Below are positions 15,276 to 23,199 of a stretch of 32,000 nucleotides of DNA, piece by piece. How positions within the stretch are numbered: the stretch's first letter is position 1; each line of letters opens with the position of its first letter. The DNA is from Candidatus Saccharimonadota bacterium (lineage in GTDB: Bacteria; Patescibacteriota; Saccharimonadia; Saccharimonadales; UBA4665), in contig CP025011.1 of the NCBI GenBank assembly GCA_002952755.1, positions 60,001 through 92,000 of the forward strand, in the 5' to 3' direction. The position numbers and the translations under genes were made by a program. The notes under the pieces are model-generated. The model was not told the DNA's origin, did not search any database, and worked only from the letters and a program-made list of their open reading frames with translations.

Positions 15276-15698
15276 ATGGAGGAAGTTAACAGAGGATGGC
15301 CAAGGAATAGTTCAACGGCACATGGTGGAGGCCTTTCTACTGCGCACGGTGGTGGGATGTCCACTGCTCATGGTGGCGGGGCATCCACCGCACACGGAGG
15401 GGGTATGTCGACGGCACATGGTGGCGGCATGTCTACAGCTCATGGAGGTGGTTTATCCACGGCTCATGGCGGAGGATTATCTACAGCCCATGGAGGGGGC
15501 CTCTCAACAGCGCACGGTGGTGGTCTATCTACTGCGCACGGTGGCGGATTATCTACTGCGTCAGGCGGTGGTTTATCGACCTCTTCCTCGGATGTCTACT
15601 ACAGTAACATTCCACCACGACCAGTTTATCTACGAGAGTTGAAGAACCGGGGATATGTTGCTGAATATGAGCTACTGAAACAGGCTTGGGGTCTTTAG
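15276..15698 (+). CDS. Octarepeat protein (10 x STAHGGGx + 1 degenerate unit) with a unique 41-aa C-terminal tail
   Basis: ATG at 15276 preceded by AAGGAGG. The repeat stays in one frame for 264 nt. The tail is SSSDVYYSNIPPRPVYLRELKNRGYVAEYELLKQAWGL. Confidence 0.65.
   Translation: MEEVNRGWPRNSSTAHGGGLSTAHGGGMSTAHGGGASTAHGGGMSTAHGGGMSTAHGGGLSTAHGGGLSTAHGGGLSTAHGGGLSTAHGGGLSTASGGGLSTSSSDVYYSNIPPRPVYLRELKNRGYVAEYELLKQAWGL
15312..15575 (+). repeat. 11 tandem 24-bp coding repeats
   Basis: Read directly from the sequence. The units differ mainly at third codon positions. Confidence 0.95.
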
Positions 15699-15786
15699 AC
15701 AACCCACAGGGGTAGGAACCTAAAAAACCTACTCTATCTATACGGGAATGTGTTTCCGCCCCCCTCCTTAAAACAAGGGGTGTTAT

Positions 15787-15862
15787 TTCCAAGCAGACCA
15801 GGGCGTCGTACAATGGGCGGCTATTGTACGATGACCCTGCTTGGAAGTAGGACGTCGTACAA
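15787..15862. repeat. Compound inverted repeat plus a third direct copy of CGTCGTACAA
   Basis: Outer 10-bp stem TTCCAAGCAG/CTGCTTGGAA (15787-15796 / 15837-15846). Inner 9-bp stem TCGTACAAT/ATTGTACGA (15806-15814 / 15823-15831). Direct copies of CGTCGTACAA at 15804-15813 and 15853-15862. Confidence 0.6.
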
Positions 15863-16020
15863 GAACTTGTGCGACTGTCCATGTAGCTATTAAAATCTAG
15901 AAACTCTACCAACAGATCTAAGCTAAAACAAACATACCCCTACCTTCTCTTTTGCCTTTTGATGTTCTGTATTCGGTGCGCGCGCAAAATTTTTCTGAAG
16001 AGTAATGCAATAATAGGAAT

Positions 16021-16485
16021 ATGACCGCAAATAATGGCGAAGAAGAACTCAGCCCAGAACGATTGTTGCAAATGGTCTACATGAAGATGGTGGACTTAGA
16101 GCTGAAAATTGACCTGCTTGATGCAAAGGTGGAAAACCTACAACAAGATATAAGCAAAAATGTATTTGTACGCAGCGAGCTTATAAAGCTTAGGTTTGAT
16201 CATAAGGCGAACGAGCTTTATATAACCCACTTTTTCAAAATACCTTTCGAAGGCAACGAAGCTGCTTTACTGGGTCACATGTTTAAAAAGTCCAGCGGTT
16301 CGCCGAAGAAGACCACAAAATTTTACACAGCAGAACTGGCGGACCAATTCGGGCAGGAGGCCAAAGGTCTTATGACGGCGAAGTCGATACATGGAACAAT
16401 TGTAAGGATTGATGCGACTATTAAGCGAATGACTATGGGTCTAGAGGTCTTTAAGATTACTACCAAAGTTTTCTATTTTTTGTAA
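16021..16485 (+). CDS. Hypothetical protein with an N-terminal coiled-coil segment
   Basis: 154-aa ORF. LQMVYMKMVDLELKIDLLDAKVENLQQDI is heptad-like. No other motif. Confidence 0.5.
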   Translation: MTANNGEEELSPERLLQMVYMKMVDLELKIDLLDAKVENLQQDISKNVFVRSELIKLRFDHKANELYITHFFKIPFEGNEAALLGHMFKKSSGSPKKTTKFYTAELADQFGQEAKGLMTAKSIHGTIVRIDATIKRMTMGLEVFKITTKVFYFL

Positions 16486-16543
16486 ATTACCTCTAAGAAA
16501 TTCACGAGAATTCACTTGCCAGTAGCTTTGCTTTAATGCGCTT

Positions 16544-16726
16544 ATGCGTATTCGCGGCGATCAAGTTATGACTATTGAGCAAGCCAAAGTCTTATTAGGT
16601 GATGAGGCGGCTGAAATGACCGATGCAGAAATACAGAAAATGATAGAAGAGTTTGACATAATTGCACAGTATGCACTTAAAGAAGTGCAGAAGTTCAAAA
16701 GTAAAGAAAACACACCTGATACTTAG
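16544..16726 (+). CDS. Small acidic hypothetical protein (alternative start at 16568)
   Basis: 60-aa ORF ending 20 nt before the recombinase ATG. No SD seen. Confidence 0.35.
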   Translation: MRIRGDQVMTIEQAKVLLGDEAAEMTDAEIQKMIEEFDIIAQYALKEVQKFKSKENTPDT

Positions 16727-16746
16727 GTGTTATTATAGTTCTAACT

Positions 16747-18297
16747 ATGGATTGTGTTGTATATGTAAGGGTGTCGACGGACGAACAAGTGCAGGGTACA
16801 AGCCTGGATATGCAGCAAAAGGCGTGTGCGGATTTTGCCGAGGGCAAGGGCTGGAATCTTCCAAAAGAGAATATATTCCGTGACGAAGGTGAATCAGCGA
16901 AAGCTACGAATCGGCCAGAGCTGCTTCGCATGTTGGAGTTCTGTCGCAGAGCTAAAGGCTCGGTTCAGTGCTGCATTGTATGGAAATTAGACCGTTTCGC
17001 GCGCAACTCGGACGACCACGTTATGTTGCGGGCGGTGTTACGAAAGAGCGGTGTAACGCTCATGTCGGTCACAGAGCCCATAGACGAAAGTCCAACGGGC
17101 AAGCTCATGGAAACAGTGCTGTCTGGCTTTGCGCAGTTCGATAATGAGGTTCGTACGCACCGTACGACCGAGGGCATGAAGAAACGGCTAGAGCAGGGTG
17201 GTTGGCCGCATGATGCGCCCATTGGTTACATCAAAGACCGGACGCCGCTTGGTGTTACGACTATCGCACCCCATCCGGATTTAGCGCCAAAAATGAAACT
17301 ATTTTTGGAGACCTTTGCAACTGGTCAGTATACGGTACGTCAGGCGGCCGACCTCGCATATGAATTAGGTATACGTAACGGTAAGGGTGGCAAACGCACC
17401 TGGCAGACTATCGAAAACACACTCAAGAATCCGATCTACGCAGGCTACATTCAATCAAAGTATACGAATGGTAATCGGTATGTCGGCCTCCACAAGCCGC
17501 TTATCAGTGAACTGACTTTCAATAAAAATCAGCGCATCTTAGCTGGCAAGCAAAAATTATTCACTAAAAGCGATGAGAGCGACTATCCACTGCGCCGTGA
17601 TTTCCTGTGCTGTGCATATTGCGGCAACTTTGTAACCGGCAGCGCTCCTAAAGGTGCAAGCGGCATTAAATACCCGCGTTATGGCTGCATGTACTGTAAG
17701 ACTTCTGTTGTTGGTAAAAAAGTTAGTAAGTCTAGTGAAGAAATCCACAAAGAGTTTACGGAGATATTGTCGCGCGTTCGCTACAAAGACGGACGGCTTA
17801 AAGTATTTAAGACGATTGTGCTGACGCGCTGGTGTGATGAATATGATGAAGCGCTTAGTACCGCACACCAAATCAATAAAGAAATCGAAACGCTACAAGC
17901 TGAACGCGCTCGCACGATTCGTAAGTTTACCAAAGACGAGATTAGCTATGCTGATAAAGAAACGGCCGTGAAAGAAATTGATGCGGAGCTGTCGGATTAC
18001 CTGCAAAAGAAAGTCGAAGCCGACGAGTATGCCGACCAAAAAGAACAGGTTATAGATAATGCGTTGCTGTTTATGAAAAGCCCCGCAGAGTTTTGGAACA
18101 GAGCACCTGTACAGATACAAAAGGCTGTGCAGCGGACACTTTTCCCACGTGGACTGGCCTATGACTTTGAGACGGGTTTTGGAACTATCGAATTGAACAA
18201 ATCGTATCTGTTAATACAAAAATTAGCGCCCGAAAGCGCTAAAAATCCTATTGTGGTAGCGGCGATAGGACTTGAACCTATGACCCCAGGCTTATGA
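16747..18297 (+). CDS. Large serine recombinase (resolvase/invertase N-domain + recombinase domain + zinc ribbon + coiled coil)
   Basis: VYVRVSTDEQ (catalytic Ser), DRFARN, CCAYCGN...YGCMYCK (CxxC...CxxC), then a coiled coil EIETLQAERARTIRKF. The last 44 nt overlap the antisense tRNA. Confidence 0.85.
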   Translation: MDCVVYVRVSTDEQVQGTSLDMQQKACADFAEGKGWNLPKENIFRDEGESAKATNRPELLRMLEFCRRAKGSVQCCIVWKLDRFARNSDDHVMLRAVLRKSGVTLMSVTEPIDESPTGKLMETVLSGFAQFDNEVRTHRTTEGMKKRLEQGGWPHDAPIGYIKDRTPLGVTTIAPHPDLAPKMKLFLETFATGQYTVRQAADLAYELGIRNGKGGKRTWQTIENTLKNPIYAGYIQSKYTNGNRYVGLHKPLISELTFNKNQRILAGKQKLFTKSDESDYPLRRDFLCCAYCGNFVTGSAPKGASGIKYPRYGCMYCKTSVVGKKVSKSSEEIHKEFTEILSRVRYKDGRLKVFKTIVLTRWCDEYDEALSTAHQINKEIETLQAERARTIRKFTKDEISYADKETAVKEIDAELSDYLQKKVEADEYADQKEQVIDNALLFMKSPAEFWNRAPVQIQKAVQRTLFPRGLAYDFETGFGTIELNKSYLLIQKLAPESAKNPIVVAAIGLEPMTPGL

Positions 18298-18330
18298 GTC
18301 CTGTGCTCTAACCAGCTGAGCTACGCCGCC
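18254..18330 (-). tRNA. tRNA with CAU anticodon (elongator Met or Ile2; undecided), CCA encoded
   Basis: Reverse complement is GGCGGCGTAGCTCAGCTGGTTAGAGCACAGGACTCATAAGCCTGGGGTCATAGGTTCAAGTCCTATCGCCGCTACCA. It folds as a cloverleaf with D-arm GCTC/GAGC, T-arm ATAGG/CCTAT and anticodon loop CTCATAA. Confidence 0.85.
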
Positions 18331-18472
18331 ATATTTTGTTGTCGTTCTTCTAGAATCAGAAGAAGTTTGAACGGATTAAATATACCAGATCTTGTCTCTG
18401 TTGGCTAGTGTTGCCAGCAGTTTCTGAGCGTGCTCAATACATCAGATAGACTTCTCTGGTACATTATAGTCA

Positions 18473-19354
18473 ATGGAGATCAAACTGAAACCTGGTAAGT
18501 ACATTGTAGCCGTGAGCGGTGGTGTTGACTCGATGGCGCTGCTGGATATGCTAGCTGGACAAACGGGACTCGAACTGGTGATTGCCCATTTTGAGCATGG
18601 CATCCGGCCTGATTCTGACGATGACCGGCTTCTCGTGCAACGGGCTGCAGAGCGTTACGGCCTGCTCTTTGTCTATGAGCATGGTGCACTTGGTCCAGAT
18701 ACGAGCGAGGCTAGAGCCAGAAATGCCCGGTACGATTTTTTGCGCCGCGTGCAAGCAGCGCAGGGCGCAGTAGCTGTCATTACGGCACATCATCAGGACG
18801 ACGTTATTGAGACGGCTATCATTAACCTTTTGCGAGGGACAGGACCCCGCGGTTTGAGTGCATTACAGTCAAATGATACGCTCACCCGCCCGTTGTTGCA
18901 TACATCGAAAGCCGAGCTGTTGGCCTACGCTCACCAGCGTCACCTGAAGTGGCGCGAAGATAGCACGAATCAGGATGATCGTTACCTTCGCAACCATATA
19001 CGCCATGCCATCACGCCACTCTTGAGTGCGGAAACACGCACCGCCTTCTTAAATTATATTCAACAGGCCGCACGGCAGAACGACGAAATGCAACAGCTGC
19101 TTCAGCAAGTAGAGCAGGGGCATGTACAGTCCGGACGCATTGAGTCGGCATGGTTTATACAATTGCCGTACCCGGTGTCTTGTGCGGTACTGGTAGATTT
19201 TTTACGCACAGCAAACGTTCACTATGATAAACGGGCTATTAATCGCCTGGTAGTTTTTATGAAAACGGGCCGCCTGGGCAAGCGAGCAGACATCAATAAA
19301 CAGCACTACCTGGAAATAGGCAAAAACCACATCATTCTCGTACACCGTTCATAA
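18473..19354 (+). CDS. tilS: tRNA(Ile)-lysidine synthase
   Basis: PP-loop VAVSGGVDSMALLDML, then HFEHGIR and ITAHHQDD. At 293 aa it is a short form lacking the long C-terminal domain. Confidence 0.85.
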   Translation: MEIKLKPGKYIVAVSGGVDSMALLDMLAGQTGLELVIAHFEHGIRPDSDDDRLLVQRAAERYGLLFVYEHGALGPDTSEARARNARYDFLRRVQAAQGAVAVITAHHQDDVIETAIINLLRGTGPRGLSALQSNDTLTRPLLHTSKAELLAYAHQRHLKWREDSTNQDDRYLRNHIRHAITPLLSAETRTAFLNYIQQAARQNDEMQQLLQQVEQGHVQSGRIESAWFIQLPYPVSCAVLVDFLRTANVHYDKRAINRLVVFMKTGRLGKRADINKQHYLEIGKNHIILVHRS

Positions 19355-19364
19355 GAGTGTCGTG

Positions 19365-19370
19365 TATAAT
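19365..19370 (+). promoter_or_regulatory. -10 TATAAT, 8 nt upstream of the ftsH ATG
   Basis: GTGTATAAT, then GGCCTAAT, then ATG, with no SD. Confidence 0.45.
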
Positions 19371-19378
19371 GGCCTAAT

Positions 19379-21253
19379 ATGGACAACCCCAAGAAGACGT
19401 TCCGTGCTAATCCCAAGCGGCCAGGGAATAGCAAACGCGGTTTTAGAAGTGCCGGATTTATTGCTCTACTCATTATTTTTGCTTTGATTGTGATCGCTGC
19501 CTATGGGCAGTCTGGCACGCTCAAAACAGTTTCGTTGACCGAGGCAGTGAATGCTTCAAATCAAGGGCAATACAGCAAATTGGAAGTAAACGGCAACCAA
19601 ATTACGATCACCAAAAAAGGTGACGACCATGCCACACTCAAGTCCTACATGGAGCAAAATGCCACACTCAAGGATGAGGGTTTTAACCTGAATACGGTTA
19701 ATGTGGAGCCCAAGCCCGCGAGTAGCGCCGGGTCGACGTTTGCCAGCATTGGCATATCCTTGCTGCCCGTTATTATCATTAGCGGCATATTGTTTATCAT
19801 GCTCCGTAGCGCTCAAGGGCAAGGGAATCAAGCCCTGAGTTTCGGTAAGAGCAAGGCTCGTCTCTACGGGAACGAAAAAGATAAGGTGACATTTACCGAT
19901 ATTGCCGGTAGTGATGAAGCGAAGCAGGATTTGCAGGAGGTCGTCGAATTTTTGAAATACCCTAAGAAGTTTGCCAATCTCGGCGCGCGTATTCCAAAGG
20001 GTGTTTTACTAGTTGGGCCTCCGGGAACTGGTAAAACGATGCTCGCCCGGGCTGTAGCTGGCGAGGCCAACGTGCCATTCTTTAGCATTTCGGGTTCGGA
20101 ATTTGTTGAGATGTTCGTTGGTGTGGGTGCCAGTCGTGTTCGTGATTTGTTTGCGAAGGCGAAAAAGAATGCGCCGTGCATTATATTTGTTGACGAAATT
20201 GACGCTGTGGGTCGCAAACGCGGCAGCGGCATGGGTGGTGGCCACGACGAGCGTGAGCAAACACTCAACCAGATTCTGGTAGAAATGGACGGTTTCGAAC
20301 AAGGTCAAAATGTTATCGTCCTGGCAGCGACCAACCGTGCCGATGTGCTCGACCCTGCCCTGCTTCGCCCTGGTCGTTTTGACCGCCGTGTAAATATTGA
20401 TCTTCCCGACCGCAAGGACCGCGAAGCAATCCTCAAGGTGCATTTCCAGAAGAAACCACTGGCCGCGCATGTCGATCTTGATGCTCTAGCTGCCAAATCT
20501 GCCGGTAGCAGCGGTGCCGACCTCGCCAACATCGCCAACGAATCGGCCATCATTGCCGCTCGCCTGAACCACAAGGAGATCAGCGGTGAGGATGTCACTG
20601 CGGCCTTCGAAAAAGTTGCCATTGGGCCGGAGCGCAAGAGCAAGGTTATGAACGACCGCGAGAAGGAGATCACCGCCTTCCACGAAGCCGGACACGCTAT
20701 TGTGGGACACGTGTTGCCTGACAGCGATCTAGTGCACAAGGTGACGATTATCCCCCGTGGCGGTACCGGCGGTGTTACCTGGTTTATTCCGCCCGAAGAC
20801 AAGTCATACCACTCAATTGTCGAATACAAGGATGTGTTAGCTCGTATGCTCGGTGGCCGTATTGCCGAAGAGGTGATCTATGGGCTTGATCACGTTACCA
20901 CCGGCGCAGGCAGTGACCTGCAAAAAGCTGCCGAATTGGCCCGCGACATGGTGATCAACCAGGGTATGGGCAAGAAGTTGCGCGACCAAGTCTTCCACAT
21001 TGACGATGGCATGATGCTCGACCGTTTGGTGCACGAGCGCGATTACTCCGATGAGACCGCCAAAGTCATCGATGACGAAGTGGAAGCGTTGATTACCGAA
21101 GCAGCCACTCGCGCCCGTGAGGTCATTAAGGCTAACGTCGAAAAGCTCAAAGCTCTCAAGGATCGGCTGCTCGAAAAAGAAACTGTCGAAGCCGAAGAAG
21201 TGAAGCAATTGCTCAAGGGTACCGCTATGCCCAAAGCAGCTGCGCTGTACTAA
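19379..21253 (+). CDS. ftsH: ATP-dependent zinc metalloprotease FtsH
   Basis: Two N-terminal TM helices, GPPGTGKT (Walker A), IIFVDEIDA (Walker B), the SRH region and the HEAGHA zinc motif. Confidence 0.95.
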   Translation: MDNPKKTFRANPKRPGNSKRGFRSAGFIALLIIFALIVIAAYGQSGTLKTVSLTEAVNASNQGQYSKLEVNGNQITITKKGDDHATLKSYMEQNATLKDEGFNLNTVNVEPKPASSAGSTFASIGISLLPVIIISGILFIMLRSAQGQGNQALSFGKSKARLYGNEKDKVTFTDIAGSDEAKQDLQEVVEFLKYPKKFANLGARIPKGVLLVGPPGTGKTMLARAVAGEANVPFFSISGSEFVEMFVGVGASRVRDLFAKAKKNAPCIIFVDEIDAVGRKRGSGMGGGHDEREQTLNQILVEMDGFEQGQNVIVLAATNRADVLDPALLRPGRFDRRVNIDLPDRKDREAILKVHFQKKPLAAHVDLDALAAKSAGSSGADLANIANESAIIAARLNHKEISGEDVTAAFEKVAIGPERKSKVMNDREKEITAFHEAGHAIVGHVLPDSDLVHKVTIIPRGGTGGVTWFIPPEDKSYHSIVEYKDVLARMLGGRIAEEVIYGLDHVTTGAGSDLQKAAELARDMVINQGMGKKLRDQVFHIDDGMMLDRLVHERDYSDETAKVIDDEVEALITEAATRAREVIKANVEKLKALKDRLLEKETVEAEEVKQLLKGTAMPKAAALY

Positions 21254-21310
21254 CTGTTTCGTTGTAGGCAACCTGCTCATCAACAACTGTCAATGGGCAG
21301 ATTATTTGCT

Positions 21311-21418
21311 GGAGACACCTCCTATAGCCACCTAATAGAGCGTTTTCGCGCAGGCCGACCAAAGTCGGTCTGGCTGCACTACGCCTGACTCTATTAGGTG
21401 GCTATAGGAGGTGTCTCC
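21311..21418. repeat. 108-bp element with 30-bp perfect inverted-repeat arms
   Basis: GGAGACACCTCCTATAGCCACCTAATAGAG (21311-21340) is the exact reverse complement of 21389-21418. The 48-nt spacer contains its own GGCCGAC/GTCGGTC hairpin. Confidence 0.9.
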
Positions 21419-21497
21419 TAGACTACCCTCCTACATATTTCGATCTGTTTTTTACAGCCTTTTGGGGTAGGCCGCGTAAGCCGAAAGCTATATACTT

Positions 21498-23150
21498 ATG
21501 GGCAAGACGAGTAACCTTTGTCCGAAAAAACAGCCATCCATGCAGGAAAAATCTATCCCAGCAAAAACAAAGAAGCGCATTCCCCTCTCGAATGTCGCCC
21601 TGTTGCTGATTGGCTCTGGCTTAGTTGGTCAATTGCTCGGCATCTTCCGTACCAAGCTGGTGAACAGCAACTTTTTGGCTACCGGGCCTCACAACACTGA
21701 TTCGTATTTCGCGGCCTTTAGCATTCCGGATTTCTTTTTCTATACCATCGCTGCGGGAGTACTGGGTGTGGCATTCATCCCCGTGCTAGCCGACAGGCTG
21801 GCAAAGGGTGATCGTAAGGGTATGTGGGAGGTCTCCTCGAGCTTGCTTAACATGCTAAGTATAGTGATGAGCGCGATTGCAGTGATTATCTTGCTGTTCG
21901 CCGAGCCGCTTATTCACCATATAGTGGCGCCCAGCCTAAAGCCGACCCAGCTGCACGATGCAGCGGTAATCATGCGCTTTTTGGCACTCAATCCCCTGTT
22001 ATTCACCATCTCCGGCATTCTAACCAGCGTGCAGCAAACCCTTGGCCGGTTTTTCTTTTTCGCTATCGCACCCCTGTTCTATAACTTGTCGATCATCGTT
22101 AGCATTTATGTGTTCCGGCACTCTAGCTTCGGCATTAAGGGTCTCGGAGTTGGTGCCATGGTTGGCGCGTTTGCCCAGCTCGCGGTAGTATGTGTCGGGC
22201 TGACTGGGACTCGATTCACCTGGAAGCCGAGAATTATCTGGCGCAGCAGTGACTTCCGCACGGTGCTCAAACAGCTACCGCCGCGGGCCTTAGACCAAGG
22301 GATGGACCAGCTGCAGACCATTGTTGAGATCAACTTTGCCCGACGATTAGGTGAAGGGAATATTAGCTACTACAACAACGCATCGACATTGCAGGCGGCG
22401 CCAACACTACTTATCGGCACGGCAATTTCTACTGCAGCCTTTCCCCGTCTCGCAGCCAGATTAAGCCAAGGCCGGCCTGATTTGTTCCGCAAAGATTTCT
22501 TGCGGATTCTGCGGTTTATGATTTGGGTGACGTTGCCTGTCGTCATTATTACGTACTTCGCGCGGGGGTATTTCGCCCGACTTATCTTCGGCGAAAACTC
22601 AAAGTCGATTGCGTTGATTTTCGGTTTTCTTACCGTGGCTATCTTCTTCCGCACCCTCTATACTATTGTTTCACGCTGGTTTTATGCCCGCAAAGACACC
22701 AGAACGCCACTTGTCGTATCGGTATTTACAATTACGCTCAACATCATCTTGGCTGCCGTTTTGGCGCGCAAATCATCATATGGGATTGCCGGGTTAGCCT
22801 TGTCGGCATCGCTGGCTTCTATGGCCGAAGTGTTGGTGCTTGGCACAATCATGGTGTTTCGCGACCGCGGGTTGCTTAACAAGGTATTCTGGGGCGGTGT
22901 TGTCCGCATTATATCGGTCACTGGGTTTAGTATGCTGGCGGGCTATATTGCCGTCTCGGTCTTCCCCTTAGGCGCGCGTGACGTCGGTCCTATTACCTTA
23001 GGTGGCAAGCTGGCAGCTATTGGGTTTGCTGTATTTAGTGTGCACATTGCGATTTCTGGCTTGTTTGGCCTGGAAGAAGCCCGGCCAGTCTTTGTATGGC
23101 TCAAGCGCATCGTCCTCAAACCCATCCGCGGCGCGTATTGGTTTAACTAA
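21498..23150 (+). CDS. murJ: Lipid II flippase MurJ/MviN family (alternative start at 21540)
   Basis: 550 aa and polytopic (about 14 TM helices). The N-terminal LVGQLLGIFRTKLV and the overall pattern are typical of MurJ. Confidence 0.75.
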   Translation: MGKTSNLCPKKQPSMQEKSIPAKTKKRIPLSNVALLLIGSGLVGQLLGIFRTKLVNSNFLATGPHNTDSYFAAFSIPDFFFYTIAAGVLGVAFIPVLADRLAKGDRKGMWEVSSSLLNMLSIVMSAIAVIILLFAEPLIHHIVAPSLKPTQLHDAAVIMRFLALNPLLFTISGILTSVQQTLGRFFFFAIAPLFYNLSIIVSIYVFRHSSFGIKGLGVGAMVGAFAQLAVVCVGLTGTRFTWKPRIIWRSSDFRTVLKQLPPRALDQGMDQLQTIVEINFARRLGEGNISYYNNASTLQAAPTLLIGTAISTAAFPRLAARLSQGRPDLFRKDFLRILRFMIWVTLPVVIITYFARGYFARLIFGENSKSIALIFGFLTVAIFFRTLYTIVSRWFYARKDTRTPLVVSVFTITLNIILAAVLARKSSYGIAGLALSASLASMAEVLVLGTIMVFRDRGLLNKVFWGGVVRIISVTGFSMLAGYIAVSVFPLGARDVGPITLGGKLAAIGFAVFSVHIAISGLFGLEEARPVFVWLKRIVLKPIRGAYWFN

Positions 23151-23199
23151 AATAATCAATTTGGAAATATTTGAACTTTTAGGCTTCAGGATGCTTGTG

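Noticed and set aside
15312-15575. Tandem 24-bp repeats as a possible CRISPR array
   Set aside because: The units are directly abutting with no spacers. They are in-frame coding sequence, and no cas genes are nearby.
15182-15642. ORFs 15322-15642 (+, other frame) and 15182-15364 (-) across the 24-bp repeat array
   Set aside because: They are open only because a periodic, stop-free repeat keeps every frame open. They have no SD, and the synonymous-site pattern supports the STAHGGG frame alone.
16662-16931. ORFs 16662-16883 (+) and 16695-16931 (-) overlapping the recombinase start
   Set aside because: They are out of frame with the well-supported recombinase N-terminus (VYVRVSTDEQ) and have no independent signals.
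19556-21286. Multiple long antisense or off-frame ORFs inside ftsH (for example 19864-20268, 20009-20470, 20305-20829, 20837-21286)
   Set aside because: FtsH is unambiguous on the + strand. Shadow ORFs of this kind are typical of GC-rich, codon-biased genes.
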